A stretch of DNA of 62,863 nt from Minisyncoccota bacterium (GTDB taxonomy: Bacteria; Patescibacteriota; Minisyncoccia; Phycocordibacterales; UBA9973). Below are positions 51,822 to 61,935 of the stretch, in pieces. A program made the position numbers and the translations under genes. The notes under the pieces are model-generated. The model did no database searches and was not told where the DNA came from. It saw only the letters and a program-made list of their open reading frames with translations. Position 1 is the stretch's first letter. The number at the start of each line of letters is the position of its first letter. The stretch covers positions 1 to 62,863 of the forward strand of contig CALNZI010000008.1 of NCBI GenBank assembly GCA_942491275.1. Reading direction: 5' to 3'.

Positions 51822-53969
51822 ATGGCTAAAAAAGAAGTAAAAACTAAAGTTAAAAGTAAAACAAAAAATGAATATGGTGCCGATAAGATTTCTGTTTTAG
51901 AAGGACTTGAACCAGTACGTCGTCGTCCCGGAATGTATATTGGATCCACTGGAGTTGAAGGATTACATCATTTGATTTGGGAAATTTTTGATAACTCTCG
52001 AGATGAAGCCATGGGAGGTTTTTGTGATCGCATTGAAGTGACTTTGCTTCCAGATAATGCTGTTCGAGTTGTTGATAATGGACGAGGAATTCCAGTTGGC
52101 ATCCATCCAAAGACAAAAGTTTCTGCTTTGGAAACAGTAATGACAACCCTTCATGCTGGAGGTAAGTTTGGAGGAGAAGATAGTGGGTATAAAGTTTCCG
52201 GAGGACTTCATGGAGTTGGGGCTTCCGTTGTAAATGCTCTTTCTATTTACACTAAAGCTGAGATTCACACTGAAGGCGGCAAGCACGTCCAGGAATATTC
52301 AAAAGGGAAAAGAAAGTCTGCCGTTAAAAAAGTTTCTTCATCGAAACATCATGGAACAATTATTTCTTTCCAGCCTGATGATGAAATTTTTTCTGCCAAG
52401 GAAGGGAAAGATATTAGATTTAAGTGGGAAACTATAGTAGATCATTTACGCCAGCAAGCATATTTAGTTAAGGGATTAAGAATAGATATTATTGATGCCC
52501 GAGAGTGGAGTCCTTTAGTTGAAGGAAAGGGTAAAAAAGATTTTGAAAATATTTTTTGGTTTAGAGAATTAGAATTAGAACTTCCTTCTACCACTTTCTA
52601 TTTTGAAGGAGGACTTGTTTCTTTGGTTAAATTTTATAATCAATTAGATAAACCATTACACCGAACAGTTTTTTATGTAGACAGAGAATTAGATAATGTT
52701 GGAGTCGAAGTTGCACTTCAGTATGTAGATGATATTAGCTCTGAAATAGTTCCTTTTGCGAACAATATCCATAATCCAGAAGGGGGGACTCACATAACTG
52801 GTTTTAAAATGGCTTTAACTCGTATCCTAAACACCTACGGCAAGAAGAATAATATGATTAAAGATAGCGATGGTGGTTTTACGGGAGACGATGTCCTAGA
52901 AGGGCTTATGGCAGTAGTTTCCGTTAAATTACGAGAGATTCAGTTTGAGGGACAAACAAAGGGTAAATTAGGGTCAACAGAGGCTCAGGGAGCTGTAGCA
53001 ACCGTCTTTGGAGAAGCTTTCTCAGCTTTCCTTGAAGAAAATCCAGATGAAGCTAAAGCTATAATTAATAAGTCAATTTTAGCTCTTAGGGCTCGAAAAG
53101 CAGCTAAGGCGGCGAAAGATTCAGTTCTTCGAAAGGGAGTTCTAGAGGGAATGACATTACCTGGAAAGCTAGCTGATTGTCAGGTTAAAGATGCTGAAAG
53201 TGCAGAATTGTTTATTGTGGAGGGAGATTCCGCTGGAGGTACTGCGAAGATGGGACGAGATCGAAAAACTCAAGCCATTTTACCTCTGCGAGGAAAAATT
53301 TTAAATGTTGAAAGAGCCCGTCTTGATCGAATATTAGGATCTGAACAGATAAAAAATTTAGTTATTGCCATGGGTGCTTCCATTGGAGATACTTTTGATA
53401 TTGAAAAAATGCGTTATCATAAGATAATTATTGCTACCGACGCCGATGTGGATGGAGCTCATATTGATACACTTATTTTAACTTTATTGTATCGTTATTT
53501 CCGCCCAGTGATAGAAGCTGGCTATGTTTATATTGCCCAACCCCCACTTTTCAAAATAAAGAAAGGAAAAGAAATTTTCTATGCTTACTCCGACGAAGAA
53601 AGAGATTCTATTTTAGGAGAAGACGCTGTTGCCATTGAAGATTTATTAACTGCTTCAGCTAACGAAGAAGGGGATTTTAGTTCTGAAGAAGAAACAGAAG
53701 ATGTTGATGAAAAAGAAAATACTTCTTCTAAAAAAGTAGTAAAGAAGAAAGCAAAAATTCATGTTCAGAGATATAAAGGTTTGGGGGAAATGAATGCCGA
53801 AGAATTATGGGAAACTACAATGGACCCAGAACGTCGTCTTTTGAAACAAATTGTTATAAATGATGCGGAAAAAGCCAATAAAGTTTTTGATACTTTAATG
53901 GGATCACTGGTTCCACCTCGTAAAGCTTTCATTCAATCTCACGCTAAGATGGCGAATCTAGATGTATAA
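51822..53969 (+). CDS. gyrB: DNA gyrase subunit B
   Basis: LEPVRRRPGMYIG, DNGRGIP, SGGLHGVGASVVNALS, VEGDSAGG, PLRGK, TDADVDG, RYKGLGEM; C-terminal NLDV. Confidence 0.9.
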   Translation: MAKKEVKTKVKSKTKNEYGADKISVLEGLEPVRRRPGMYIGSTGVEGLHHLIWEIFDNSRDEAMGGFCDRIEVTLLPDNAVRVVDNGRGIPVGIHPKTKVSALETVMTTLHAGGKFGGEDSGYKVSGGLHGVGASVVNALSIYTKAEIHTEGGKHVQEYSKGKRKSAVKKVSSSKHHGTIISFQPDDEIFSAKEGKDIRFKWETIVDHLRQQAYLVKGLRIDIIDAREWSPLVEGKGKKDFENIFWFRELELELPSTTFYFEGGLVSLVKFYNQLDKPLHRTVFYVDRELDNVGVEVALQYVDDISSEIVPFANNIHNPEGGTHITGFKMALTRILNTYGKKNNMIKDSDGGFTGDDVLEGLMAVVSVKLREIQFEGQTKGKLGSTEAQGAVATVFGEAFSAFLEENPDEAKAIINKSILALRARKAAKAAKDSVLRKGVLEGMTLPGKLADCQVKDAESAELFIVEGDSAGGTAKMGRDRKTQAILPLRGKILNVERARLDRILGSEQIKNLVIAMGASIGDTFDIEKMRYHKIIIATDADVDGAHIDTLILTLLYRYFRPVIEAGYVYIAQPPLFKIKKGKEIFYAYSDEERDSILGEDAVAIEDLLTASANEEGDFSSEEETEDVDEKENTSSKKVVKKKAKIHVQRYKGLGEMNAEELWETTMDPERRLLKQIVINDAEKANKVFDTLMGSLVPPRKAFIQSHAKMANLDV

Positions 53970-53974
53970 TTTAT

Positions 53975-54093
53975 AAAAAATATTAAAAATAGCTCTTCTC
54001 TAAATGCACACATAATTTTCTGCTGAAAATTTGATCTGCTCGGGCCGTCGCCCTGCGCAAGGCATCTCTTGAAGACTATTTTTAATATTTTTT
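53975..54093 (+). repeat. Dispersed structured repeat, copy F (between convergent gyrB and thrS)
   Basis: AATTTTC-TGCT-GAAAATT and GGGC-CGTC-GCCC; perfect 18-bp IR AAAAAATATTAAAAATAG / CTATTTTTAATATTTTTT. Confidence 0.92.
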
Positions 54094-55858
54094 AATTTAG
54101 AGTTTTTTCTGAAATTTCTTTTTGTAATTTTTCGAGAAGTTGCTCCGAAGTAATTCCTTCTAACTTTTCATCTCGTCCTTCGAGAGTTACTGTTCTAGAT
54201 TCTTTTTCTTTATCTCCAATAACTATCACGTATGGAGTTTTTTGTAATTTAGCATTACGGATACGTTTTCCAAGAGATTCATTTGAATCATCCAACTCAA
54301 CTCGGATATTTTTTTCTTTTAGTTTATTATAGATTTCATCCGCGTATCCTTTTTGTTTTTCACTAATTGGAGTAATGATTACTTGAACAGGAGAAAGCCA
54401 AAGGGGGAATGCTCCAGCATATTTTTCAATAAGGAAAGCCATTATTCTTTCGATTGCTCCAATAGAAGATCGATGAACCACAAAGGCTCTATGTGATTTT
54501 CCATCTTCTCCTATATAGGAAAGATCAAATCTTTCTGGCATGCAGAAATCATATTGGACCGTGAAGGCCGTATCTTCTTTACCATTTACATTTTTCATTT
54601 GGATATCTATTTTGGGACCATAAAAGGCAGCCTCATCTTTGGCTTCTTCGAATGCAGATTTTCTACTTATCATTAATTCTCGTAGAAGGTCTTCTCCTTT
54701 TTCCCAGGCAGAATCATCGTTATAATATTTTTCAGTATTATTTCTGTCTCCCAGAGAAAGTCGGTATCTATAATCCACATCAAGTTTTAGTCCAAAAACA
54801 GAGGTAATGTACTCAATCAAATCTAGAGCTTTACCAATTTCTTCTACAGCTTGTTTATCTGAAGCACATATTATATGGGCATCGGCTAGACAGAAACTTC
54901 TAACTCTAACAAGACCCATAAGTTCTCCCGACTGTTCATATCGATATAATTTAGCTAATTCAGCAATTTTCAGAGGTAGCTCTTTATAACTATGTGGTTT
55001 ATTTAAATATAATTCAAAGTGATGAGGACAGGTCATTGGTCTAAGCATATATTCTGATTCATCAATTTTTATTGGAGCATACATGGAATCCTTGTAATGG
55101 GGATAATGTCCAGATTTTTTATATAATTCTAAGTTAGCAATGTCTGGAGTTACAACATGTTGATATCCACGTCTAATTTCTTCATCAACAATAAATCTTT
55201 CTAGTTCACGTCTAATTGTTGCTCCCTTAACTGTAAAGAGAGGAAGACCCTTACCAACTGTTTCAGAAAAGACAAAAAGGTCTAATTCTTTCCCTAATTT
55301 TTTATGATCTCTTTTTTCGGCTTCAATTCTCATTTCCTCATATTCTTTTAAAGCCTCTTTGCTTTCAAAAGCCAATCCGTAAATACGAGTAAGCATTTTA
55401 TTTTTTTCATCTCCTCTCCAGTAGGCTCCAGCAACACGGTCCAAATTAAAAGAATCACTTTTAATTTCTTTAGAAGGATTTTCTACATGTCCTCCTCCAC
55501 AAAGATCAGTAAAATCACCACAACTATAAAGGGTTATTTCTTCTCCTCTTTCTACTATTCCGTCTATTAATTCTAATTTGTATACATTATCTTTGTAATA
55601 TTCTCGGGCTTCTTCGGGGGAAACTTTTTTATGACTGAATTCTTTCCAAGAAGAAAGATTTTTTTTCATTATTTTCTCTAATTTTTTTAAATCGTCATCA
55701 TTAACTTTCTTGTCCCCGAAATCAATATCATAATAGAACCCATTATCAACAGCCGGACCCAGTGTTAAGAGCGACCCCGGATGTATTTCTTTGGCAGCCT
55801 GGGCCAATAGATGAGAAAGTGTATGTCTAATATTTTTAATTTTTTCGTTATTTTCCAT
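54092..55858 (-). CDS. thrS: Threonine-tRNA ligase (lacks the N1/TGS domain)
   Basis: RHTLSHLL, DLCGGGHV, AYWRG, DHKKLG, RPMTCPHH, AFYGPKID and VHRSSIGAIER. Confidence 0.98.
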   Translation of the reverse strand: MENNEKIKNIRHTLSHLLAQAAKEIHPGSLLTLGPAVDNGFYYDIDFGDKKVNDDDLKKLEKIMKKNLSSWKEFSHKKVSPEEAREYYKDNVYKLELIDGIVERGEEITLYSCGDFTDLCGGGHVENPSKEIKSDSFNLDRVAGAYWRGDEKNKMLTRIYGLAFESKEALKEYEEMRIEAEKRDHKKLGKELDLFVFSETVGKGLPLFTVKGATIRRELERFIVDEEIRRGYQHVVTPDIANLELYKKSGHYPHYKDSMYAPIKIDESEYMLRPMTCPHHFELYLNKPHSYKELPLKIAELAKLYRYEQSGELMGLVRVRSFCLADAHIICASDKQAVEEIGKALDLIEYITSVFGLKLDVDYRYRLSLGDRNNTEKYYNDDSAWEKGEDLLRELMISRKSAFEEAKDEAAFYGPKIDIQMKNVNGKEDTAFTVQYDFCMPERFDLSYIGEDGKSHRAFVVHRSSIGAIERIMAFLIEKYAGAFPLWLSPVQVIITPISEKQKGYADEIYNKLKEKNIRVELDDSNESLGKRIRNAKLQKTPYVIVIGDKEKESRTVTLEGRDEKLEGITSEQLLEKLQKEISEKTLN

Positions 55859-55879
55859 ATTATTTTTTAAATTAATTAA

Positions 55880-56030
55880 TTAAAATAAAATCGCCCCGAC
55901 AAAAATTAAAAAATTCATTTTTGTCGGGGCGAGTCTAAATTCGCGGTTCCACCCAACTTTGTTCTCTTTTCTATAGATTAGCCCGAAGGTCCCGAGGGGA
56001 TTATGGTTGGTAGCCATAACAATCTCTATC
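55880..56030 (-). ncRNA. Compact T-box riboswitch (Thr) with terminator
   Basis: Minus strand has AAAGTTGGGTGGAACCGCG (55960-55942), a CTCGCCCC antiterminator arm, a 15-bp terminator stem (55891-55932) with U tract, and hairpin TTATGG-CTACCAA-CCATAA with ACC in the loop. Confidence 0.85.
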
Positions 56031-56123
56031 TTTAAATAATACAATTAATGTTTTAATAATGCAAGGACGGTATAGGTCCTTATTTTGTTTGCATTTTAGC
56101 TAAAAATCGGTATACTATGAAAT

Positions 56124-56336
56124 ATGGTAATCCGAATGAGACATACACGAGCCCATACTGGGAATCGTCGATCACATCATGCTTTGAAAGCTAAGGTTTT
56201 TACTACATGTACTAATTGTAAACAACAGAAGGAAACTCATGTGGTTTGCAAAAGCTGTGGTTTTTACCGGGGGCGCAAAGTCATTGATATGATTAAAAAA
56301 GTTGAAAAGAAGCAAGCCAAGAAAAAGTCTAAATAG
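56124..56336 (+). CDS. rpmF: 50S ribosomal protein L32
   Basis: RRSHHAL, CTNC, HVVCKSCGFYRGR. Confidence 0.95.
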   Translation: MVIRMRHTRAHTGNRRSHHALKAKVFTTCTNCKQQKETHVVCKSCGFYRGRKVIDMIKKVEKKQAKKKSK

Positions 56337-56401
56337 CACCTAGAAATTATTTATTAATTATATTGTTAATGGATGATTTCTAGAGGTTATAGATAATAAT
56401 T

Positions 56402-57301
56402 ATGGCAAACAGGCACCTTTCACGTTCAATTGTTCTTCAGACACTCTTTGAGTGGGATTTTGATGCTGAAAAAAATACCACCCCCGAAGCAATGCTTGAT
56501 CGTAATATAAAAGAATTTGGTCCTGGTCTTGATGATTCTCAATTTATGAGTGATCTTTTTTCTGGTATTGTTGAAAAAAGAGAAGTGATAAATGAAATTA
56601 TTGAAAAAGCTGCTCCCGATTGGCCAATTGAAAAAATATCTATTGTCGATCGTAATATTCTGAGACTTGGTTTGTATGAGCTACTTTTTGGAGATCGAAA
56701 AGAAGTTCCTCCTAAAGTAGCTATAAATGAAGCCATTGAATTGGCTAAAAGTTTTGGAGGAGAGAATTCCAGTAAATTCATTAATGGTGTTCTTGGTGGT
56801 GTCTACAAAGAAATTGGAGAACCAGGGAAGGACGATGTTAGTAAAAAGAAAAAGAAATTTGAAACTGACCCAACTAAGTTTCCCATAGAAAAAAAAGCTG
56901 GAGCTATCGTATATGCTAATCACGAAAATAAGGTTTACCTTGCTTTCGTCCATGATGTTTTTGGATATTGGACTCTTTCAAAAGGAGGAATAGATGATTT
57001 AAAAGATGAAAAAGAAGGAGCAATTCGCGAGATTAAAAAAGAGATGGGAATTGATATAAAGATTAAAGAACTATTGGGACGTAATGAATATATTGCAAAT
57101 CATCCAGAAAAAGGCAAGATTCGTAAGCAGGTAGTTTTCTTTTTGGCTGAGGCGGATTATCAGGATTTGGTGCTTAATAAGGAATCTGGGGGATTAGATG
57201 AGGCGAGATGGTTCCCAATGGATGAAATTGCTAGTCTCAAAATGTATGACAATATGGTTCCTTTGTTAACAAAAGCTGTCGAAATTTTAACCAGTAAATA
57301 A
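56402..57301 (+). CDS. nusB: NusB fused to a C-terminal Nudix-fold domain
   Basis: R..SR..VLQ.LFE, DRNILRLG.YEL, VAINEAIELAK.FG and FINGVLG; then KAGAIVY...WTLSKGGID...AIREIKKEMGI. Confidence 0.9.
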   Translation: MANRHLSRSIVLQTLFEWDFDAEKNTTPEAMLDRNIKEFGPGLDDSQFMSDLFSGIVEKREVINEIIEKAAPDWPIEKISIVDRNILRLGLYELLFGDRKEVPPKVAINEAIELAKSFGGENSSKFINGVLGGVYKEIGEPGKDDVSKKKKKFETDPTKFPIEKKAGAIVYANHENKVYLAFVHDVFGYWTLSKGGIDDLKDEKEGAIREIKKEMGIDIKIKELLGRNEYIANHPEKGKIRKQVVFFLAEADYQDLVLNKESGGLDEARWFPMDEIASLKMYDNMVPLLTKAVEILTSK

Positions 57302-57311
57302 TAAAAATAAT

Positions 57312-58007
57312 ATGATTGATTTTTCACTATTTGAAAAAAAGACAGGGATTGTCTTTAGTGATAAAAAACTACTGGAGCAGGCTTTCATCCATCGTTCTTA
57401 TATAAATGAGAATGACGGATCGAAGCTATCTCACAATGAACGTCTGGAATTTTTAGGGGACGCTGTTTTAGAGTTAGTGGTTACGGATTATTTGTATAAA
57501 AAATATCCTGGAAAAAATGAGGGAGAATTAACTGCTTATCGTTCATCTTTGGTCAATACTATTACCATTGGTGATGTGGCTCATGAATTAGAAATGAATA
57601 ATTATCTTCTCCTTTCAAAAGGAGAGGCTAAGGATGTGGGGAAAGCTCGAAGTTATATTTTAGCTAACACCTATGAAGCCTATATTGGAGCAACCTACTT
57701 AGATCAAGGTTACGATACTGCTCGTGGTTTTATTACTAAAACTTTACTTGGGAAATTAGAAGAAATAATTAGTCAGAAACTATGGAGAGATTCTAAAAGT
57801 TTAGTTCAAGAAAAATCTCAAGAATTTTTGAATGTTACTCCTTCCTATAAAGTTCTGAATGAATCAGGGCCTGACCACGACAAGAGTTTTACCGTTGGAA
57901 TTTTCTTTGGTGATGATCGAATCGCTGATGGTAAGGGGCACAGTAAACAGGAAGCTGAACAGGCTGCTGCCCATGCCGCATTAGAATTAAAGAATTGGTT
58001 AGATTAG
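57312..58007 (+). CDS. rnc: Ribonuclease III
   Basis: HNERLEFLGDAVLEL; dsRBD GPDHDKSF...GKGHSKQEAEQAAA. Confidence 0.99.
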   Translation: MIDFSLFEKKTGIVFSDKKLLEQAFIHRSYINENDGSKLSHNERLEFLGDAVLELVVTDYLYKKYPGKNEGELTAYRSSLVNTITIGDVAHELEMNNYLLLSKGEAKDVGKARSYILANTYEAYIGATYLDQGYDTARGFITKTLLGKLEEIISQKLWRDSKSLVQEKSQEFLNVTPSYKVLNESGPDHDKSFTVGIFFGDDRIADGKGHSKQEAEQAAAHAALELKNWLD

Positions 58008-58014
58008 AAATCTC

Positions 58015-60279
58015 ATGACTTTAAAAAGTATTGAATTAATAGGTTTTAAATCCTTTGGACGCAAAAGTCTAGTTAGTTTTTTAACGCCAGTTACTTCAAT
58101 TGTTGGACCAAATGGATCTGGAAAATCAAATATTGTTGAAGCCATAAGATTTGTTCTAGGAGAACAGTCAATGAAATCTCTAAGGGGGAAAGGGGGAGTG
58201 GATTTAATTTTTAAAGGATCTAAAACTTTAACTGCTTCAAATAGAGCTTCTGTGGTAATAACTTTTGATAATAGTAAGAAAGATTTTTGTTTTACAAATA
58301 GTGGATTAGGAGTGCCCCTTGATTATGATGAAGTGAACATTGGGCGTGAAGTTTTTGCCGATGGAGCTAGTCGATATAGTATAAATGGGACAGAGGTTAG
58401 ATTAAAGGATGTGGTTGACCTGTTAGCTTCTATTAATATTGGTAGTTCTGGCCATCACATTATTTCTCAAGGAGAAGCTGATCGTGTTTTAAATGCTTCA
58501 AATAAAGATCGTAAGGCCATGATTGAAGATGCTTTAGGTCTTAGAGTATATCAATATCGAATTCGTGAGTCTGAACGTAAGTTAGAAAAAACCACTTTGA
58601 ACATGAAGGAAGTTCAGTCTCTTCGTCGTGAAATTGCACCTCATTTGAATTTCTTGAAGAAGCAGGTTCAAGTTGTGGAAAAGGCTAAAAATATGAGAGA
58701 GGAATTAAAGGATTTGTATAAAACATATTTACCAGCTGAATCAACCTATATCAATAAAGAAACAATTCGTCTTAGGGACTTAAAAGAAACTTTGAATGAG
58801 AAAGGGATTGTTTTGGATGAGCAAATTCAAAAATTAAAAGACGAACAGGGGCCCCAGGAAGAAAGTGAATATTTAAAGGAAATAAAAAATCAAGAAATAA
58901 AACTTACAGAAGTTCGCCGACAAAAAGACGAGCTTGTTCGTTCTTCAGGTAGAATTGAAGGTATTTTAGAAAGCTTGAAACGTCAGTCGGAGAAAGTTCA
59001 AAAAACTGAAGAAAAAGTTATTTCCGCATCCCAATGGAAGATTATAGTTGATGAAGTTGAAGAAAAAATCAATGAAGCTTTGAGTATTCAAGATATGCCA
59101 AGAATAGTTGAGATTTTAAAAACTATTAAAGAAAAAATTAATTCTCTCAATGGTAAAGAAAAGAATAATGAAACTGTTCCTGATTTAAATATTGAAAATG
59201 AATACAATGAAATGAAGTCAGAGAGAGATGATATTAACTCTCAATTAGAAGAAATTAATAATAACGAGAATCAAATTCTGGTATTAATTTCAGAGCTTAG
59301 AGGAAAAGAAAAAGAAGAGCAAGAGTCTCTTCGCGACAATGAGCGTGTTTTATATGAGCTTTTAAATCAAAGAAATACAATAACTTCAAAAACACACTCT
59401 CTTAGGTTTGAGGAAGAAAAGCTAACTTTAATTAAAACTGATTTTGATAGAGAATTAATGGAAGCAGGAGTTTTGATTGGAAGAGATATTGTGACTTACG
59501 CTAAAACCGTAGTTGAGCATCAAATAGAGCGCGAAACTCAGGAAGGTCTTCGCCGTAAAATAGAAAGAATTAAAATAAAACTAGAAGACGCCGGTTCAGG
59601 AAGTGGATCAGAGGTTGTTAAAGAATATGAAGAAACTCAAGAAAGGGATGCTTTTCTAGCTAAAGAGTTGGATGATTTAAAAGAAAGTATGGATTCTTTA
59701 AGAATATTAATTCAAGAATTAAAAGAAACATTGGACACAGAGTTTAAAGGAGGTGTTGTTAAAATTAATCAACAATTTCAGGATTTCTTTGCTTTGATGT
59801 TTGGAGGAGGAAAGGCTTCCTTGTCCGTTACTATGGAATATAAAAAGCCCCGCAAAGCTGAAGATCTTGGAGATGAAGGAGAGACATTAGAAGAAGTAGA
59901 AGAAGAAAATGAATTGGGATTTGAGAGGGGAATTGAGATTGATGTTTCTCTTCCACAGAAAAAAGTTAAAGATCTGAATATGCTTTCTGGGGGAGAAAGA
60001 TCATTAACTTCTATCGCTCTTCTCTTTGCTATCTCTCAAGTTAATCCACCTCCATTTTTAGTTTTGGATGAAACTGATGCGGCCCTTGATGAAGCTAACT
60101 CTCGAAAATATGGAGATATGTTAGAAAATCTTTCTAAATATTCTCAGCTTATCTTAGTTACCCATAATAGGGAAACCATGTCTCGAGCTCATGTTCTCTA
60201 TGGAGTGACAATGAGTTCCGAAGGAGTTTCCAAACTTCTCTCAATTCACCTCGAAGACGCCACCTCCTATGCGAAATAA
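58015..60279 (+). CDS. smc: Short SMC-family ATPase
   Basis: GFKSF, GPNGSGKSN, ISQG Q-loop, LSGGE and LDETDAALD; adjacent to rnc; only 754 aa. Confidence 0.8.
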   Translation: MTLKSIELIGFKSFGRKSLVSFLTPVTSIVGPNGSGKSNIVEAIRFVLGEQSMKSLRGKGGVDLIFKGSKTLTASNRASVVITFDNSKKDFCFTNSGLGVPLDYDEVNIGREVFADGASRYSINGTEVRLKDVVDLLASINIGSSGHHIISQGEADRVLNASNKDRKAMIEDALGLRVYQYRIRESERKLEKTTLNMKEVQSLRREIAPHLNFLKKQVQVVEKAKNMREELKDLYKTYLPAESTYINKETIRLRDLKETLNEKGIVLDEQIQKLKDEQGPQEESEYLKEIKNQEIKLTEVRRQKDELVRSSGRIEGILESLKRQSEKVQKTEEKVISASQWKIIVDEVEEKINEALSIQDMPRIVEILKTIKEKINSLNGKEKNNETVPDLNIENEYNEMKSERDDINSQLEEINNNENQILVLISELRGKEKEEQESLRDNERVLYELLNQRNTITSKTHSLRFEEEKLTLIKTDFDRELMEAGVLIGRDIVTYAKTVVEHQIERETQEGLRRKIERIKIKLEDAGSGSGSEVVKEYEETQERDAFLAKELDDLKESMDSLRILIQELKETLDTEFKGGVVKINQQFQDFFALMFGGGKASLSVTMEYKKPRKAEDLGDEGETLEEVEEENELGFERGIEIDVSLPQKKVKDLNMLSGGERSLTSIALLFAISQVNPPPFLVLDETDAALDEANSRKYGDMLENLSKYSQLILVTHNRETMSRAHVLYGVTMSSEGVSKLLSIHLEDATSYAK

Positions 60280-60307
60280 AAAACCCTTATAACTGTAAGG
60301 GTTTTTT
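60278..60307. terminator. Bidirectional terminator
   Basis: AAAAAACCCTTAT-AACT-GTAAGGGTTTTTT between convergent genes. Confidence 0.8.
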
Positions 60308-61934
60308 ATTTTAAAAATTCAGTGATCGTTAAACCAGATTCTTTTATTTTTAGAGCTGTTTCTGTTCCAAGATAACGATAATGCCAAGGTTCGTACATGT
60401 AACCAGTAATTGCTTCTTTCCCAAAAGGGTAACTCATAACAAAACCAAATTTATAAGCATTTTCCTTTAGCCATAGATCTTCCGGAGTTTCATTAAAATC
60501 ACTTACAGCTGAAGAGTAACCAATAGATGAACCTGATAAATCCACGGCTGTACCCAGTTGATGCTCAGAATGTCCTGGTTTAGCAATGGCTATTGAAGCG
60601 TTTTTATGTCCATTTTTGATAGCGTTATTTAAAATATTTTCTTGATAGGAGAAACTTCTGTAGGCTGAGGTGGCTCTAATTTTTAAATTATCTTTTTGAG
60701 CAGCCTCTTCCATCTTAGCTAGAGCTTTTTTAGTTTCTTGAGTTAAGCAAATTTCTTCTCGAATAGAAAGTGATTTTAACTCAACTAAATCTTTGGGAAC
60801 ATAGGTTTTATCCGGTAAACCAATTTCTTGTCCTATATTCAAATTAAACATATCTTCATATTCTTTCTTTGGTTTAGAACAGGCAGAATAGATAACTTCT
60901 TCTTTGTCTTTAACTAAATTTTCTTCATATAGCCCCTCGGACTGGTATTTTTTATTTAAAATATTTATCAAGCTTTTTGTTTCTTTTAGTTCTCCATTTT
61001 CATAGGTTGTAGAAAATAACATTCCCTTCATTGTATTTCTAGAAAAAGATTGATCAAAAATAAAATTACCCAAAGAATAGACAATTGGTTTTCCGTTGTA
61101 GGTTTCAATATCTTGAATTACATGAGGATGATGTCCTATTATAAGATCAGCTCCAGCATCAATGGCTTTATGAGCTAAAGTTTCTTGTCTTGCATTATGA
61201 GTGGTTTTATATTCTTCGCCCCAATGAAAAGAAATAATTAGAACTTCACATTCATTATTGGCTTTATTAATAATGCTTTCAAAATTTGGATCACTGGCTA
61301 GCAATATCCCAGGATTGTCTTTTTTTGCTTCCATCCAAGCTGGTCCAACATCGGAGAATCCAAGGAAACCAAATTTGATCCCATTTTTTTCTATGATGGT
61401 TGGTGTTTCAGCTTCTTCTTTATTCAAACTAGCTCCAGTTTTTAAAATATTATTTTCTGAAAGTCTTTGAAGTGTATCTTCATGGGCAACTACATTCCAA
61501 TCACCCACATGATTGTTGGCAAGAGAAAAGATATCAAATCCAGCTTCTTTTAAAGCAGGCAAAACAAAAGGGGACATTCGAAAAGAATATTTACTTCCCA
61601 CATTATTTCCCTTATCTGAAATTGGCCCTTCTAGATTTCCAAATAAAATGTCAGCTTTCTTTAATTCTTATAGATTTTTAAATAATTGAGAATAGTCTCC
61701 ATTGAAATTTTTATTAACCGAAGATTCAACTCCTCGAGTCATCATAATATCTCCAACGAAATAAAGTGTTGTTTGGGGAATTTTCTTTTTAAAAACAAAA
61801 CTATCAGGGACTATATTGTTTAATCCATTTTTGATTTGTTGGCTTTTATTTAGAATTACAAAAGTTGAAATTAAACCAATTATTATAATAATTGAAATAT
61901 AAAAAATAGATTTATTTTTTTTCCGAAAATTCAT
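60306..61934 (-). pseudogene. CapA-like metallophosphatase fused to a VanY/M15B D,D-carboxypeptidase, interrupted by one in-frame TAA at 61668-61670
   Basis: The two ORF-track pieces share one frame: ...GDYSQLFKNL*ELKKADILFGNLEGPIS.... CapA motifs VGDIM, GNLE, SLANNH, HWG, GHHPH and YSLGNF; VanY motifs SAYRS, SEHQLG.AVD and YEPWHYRY. Confidence 0.8.
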
Positions 61935-61935
61935 A

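Noticed and set aside
53600-53760. Acidic insert in the GyrB C-terminal region as a repeat-derived insertion or intein
   Set aside because: No TGCT/CGTC hairpins and no intein motifs; it looks like an ordinary low-complexity loop.
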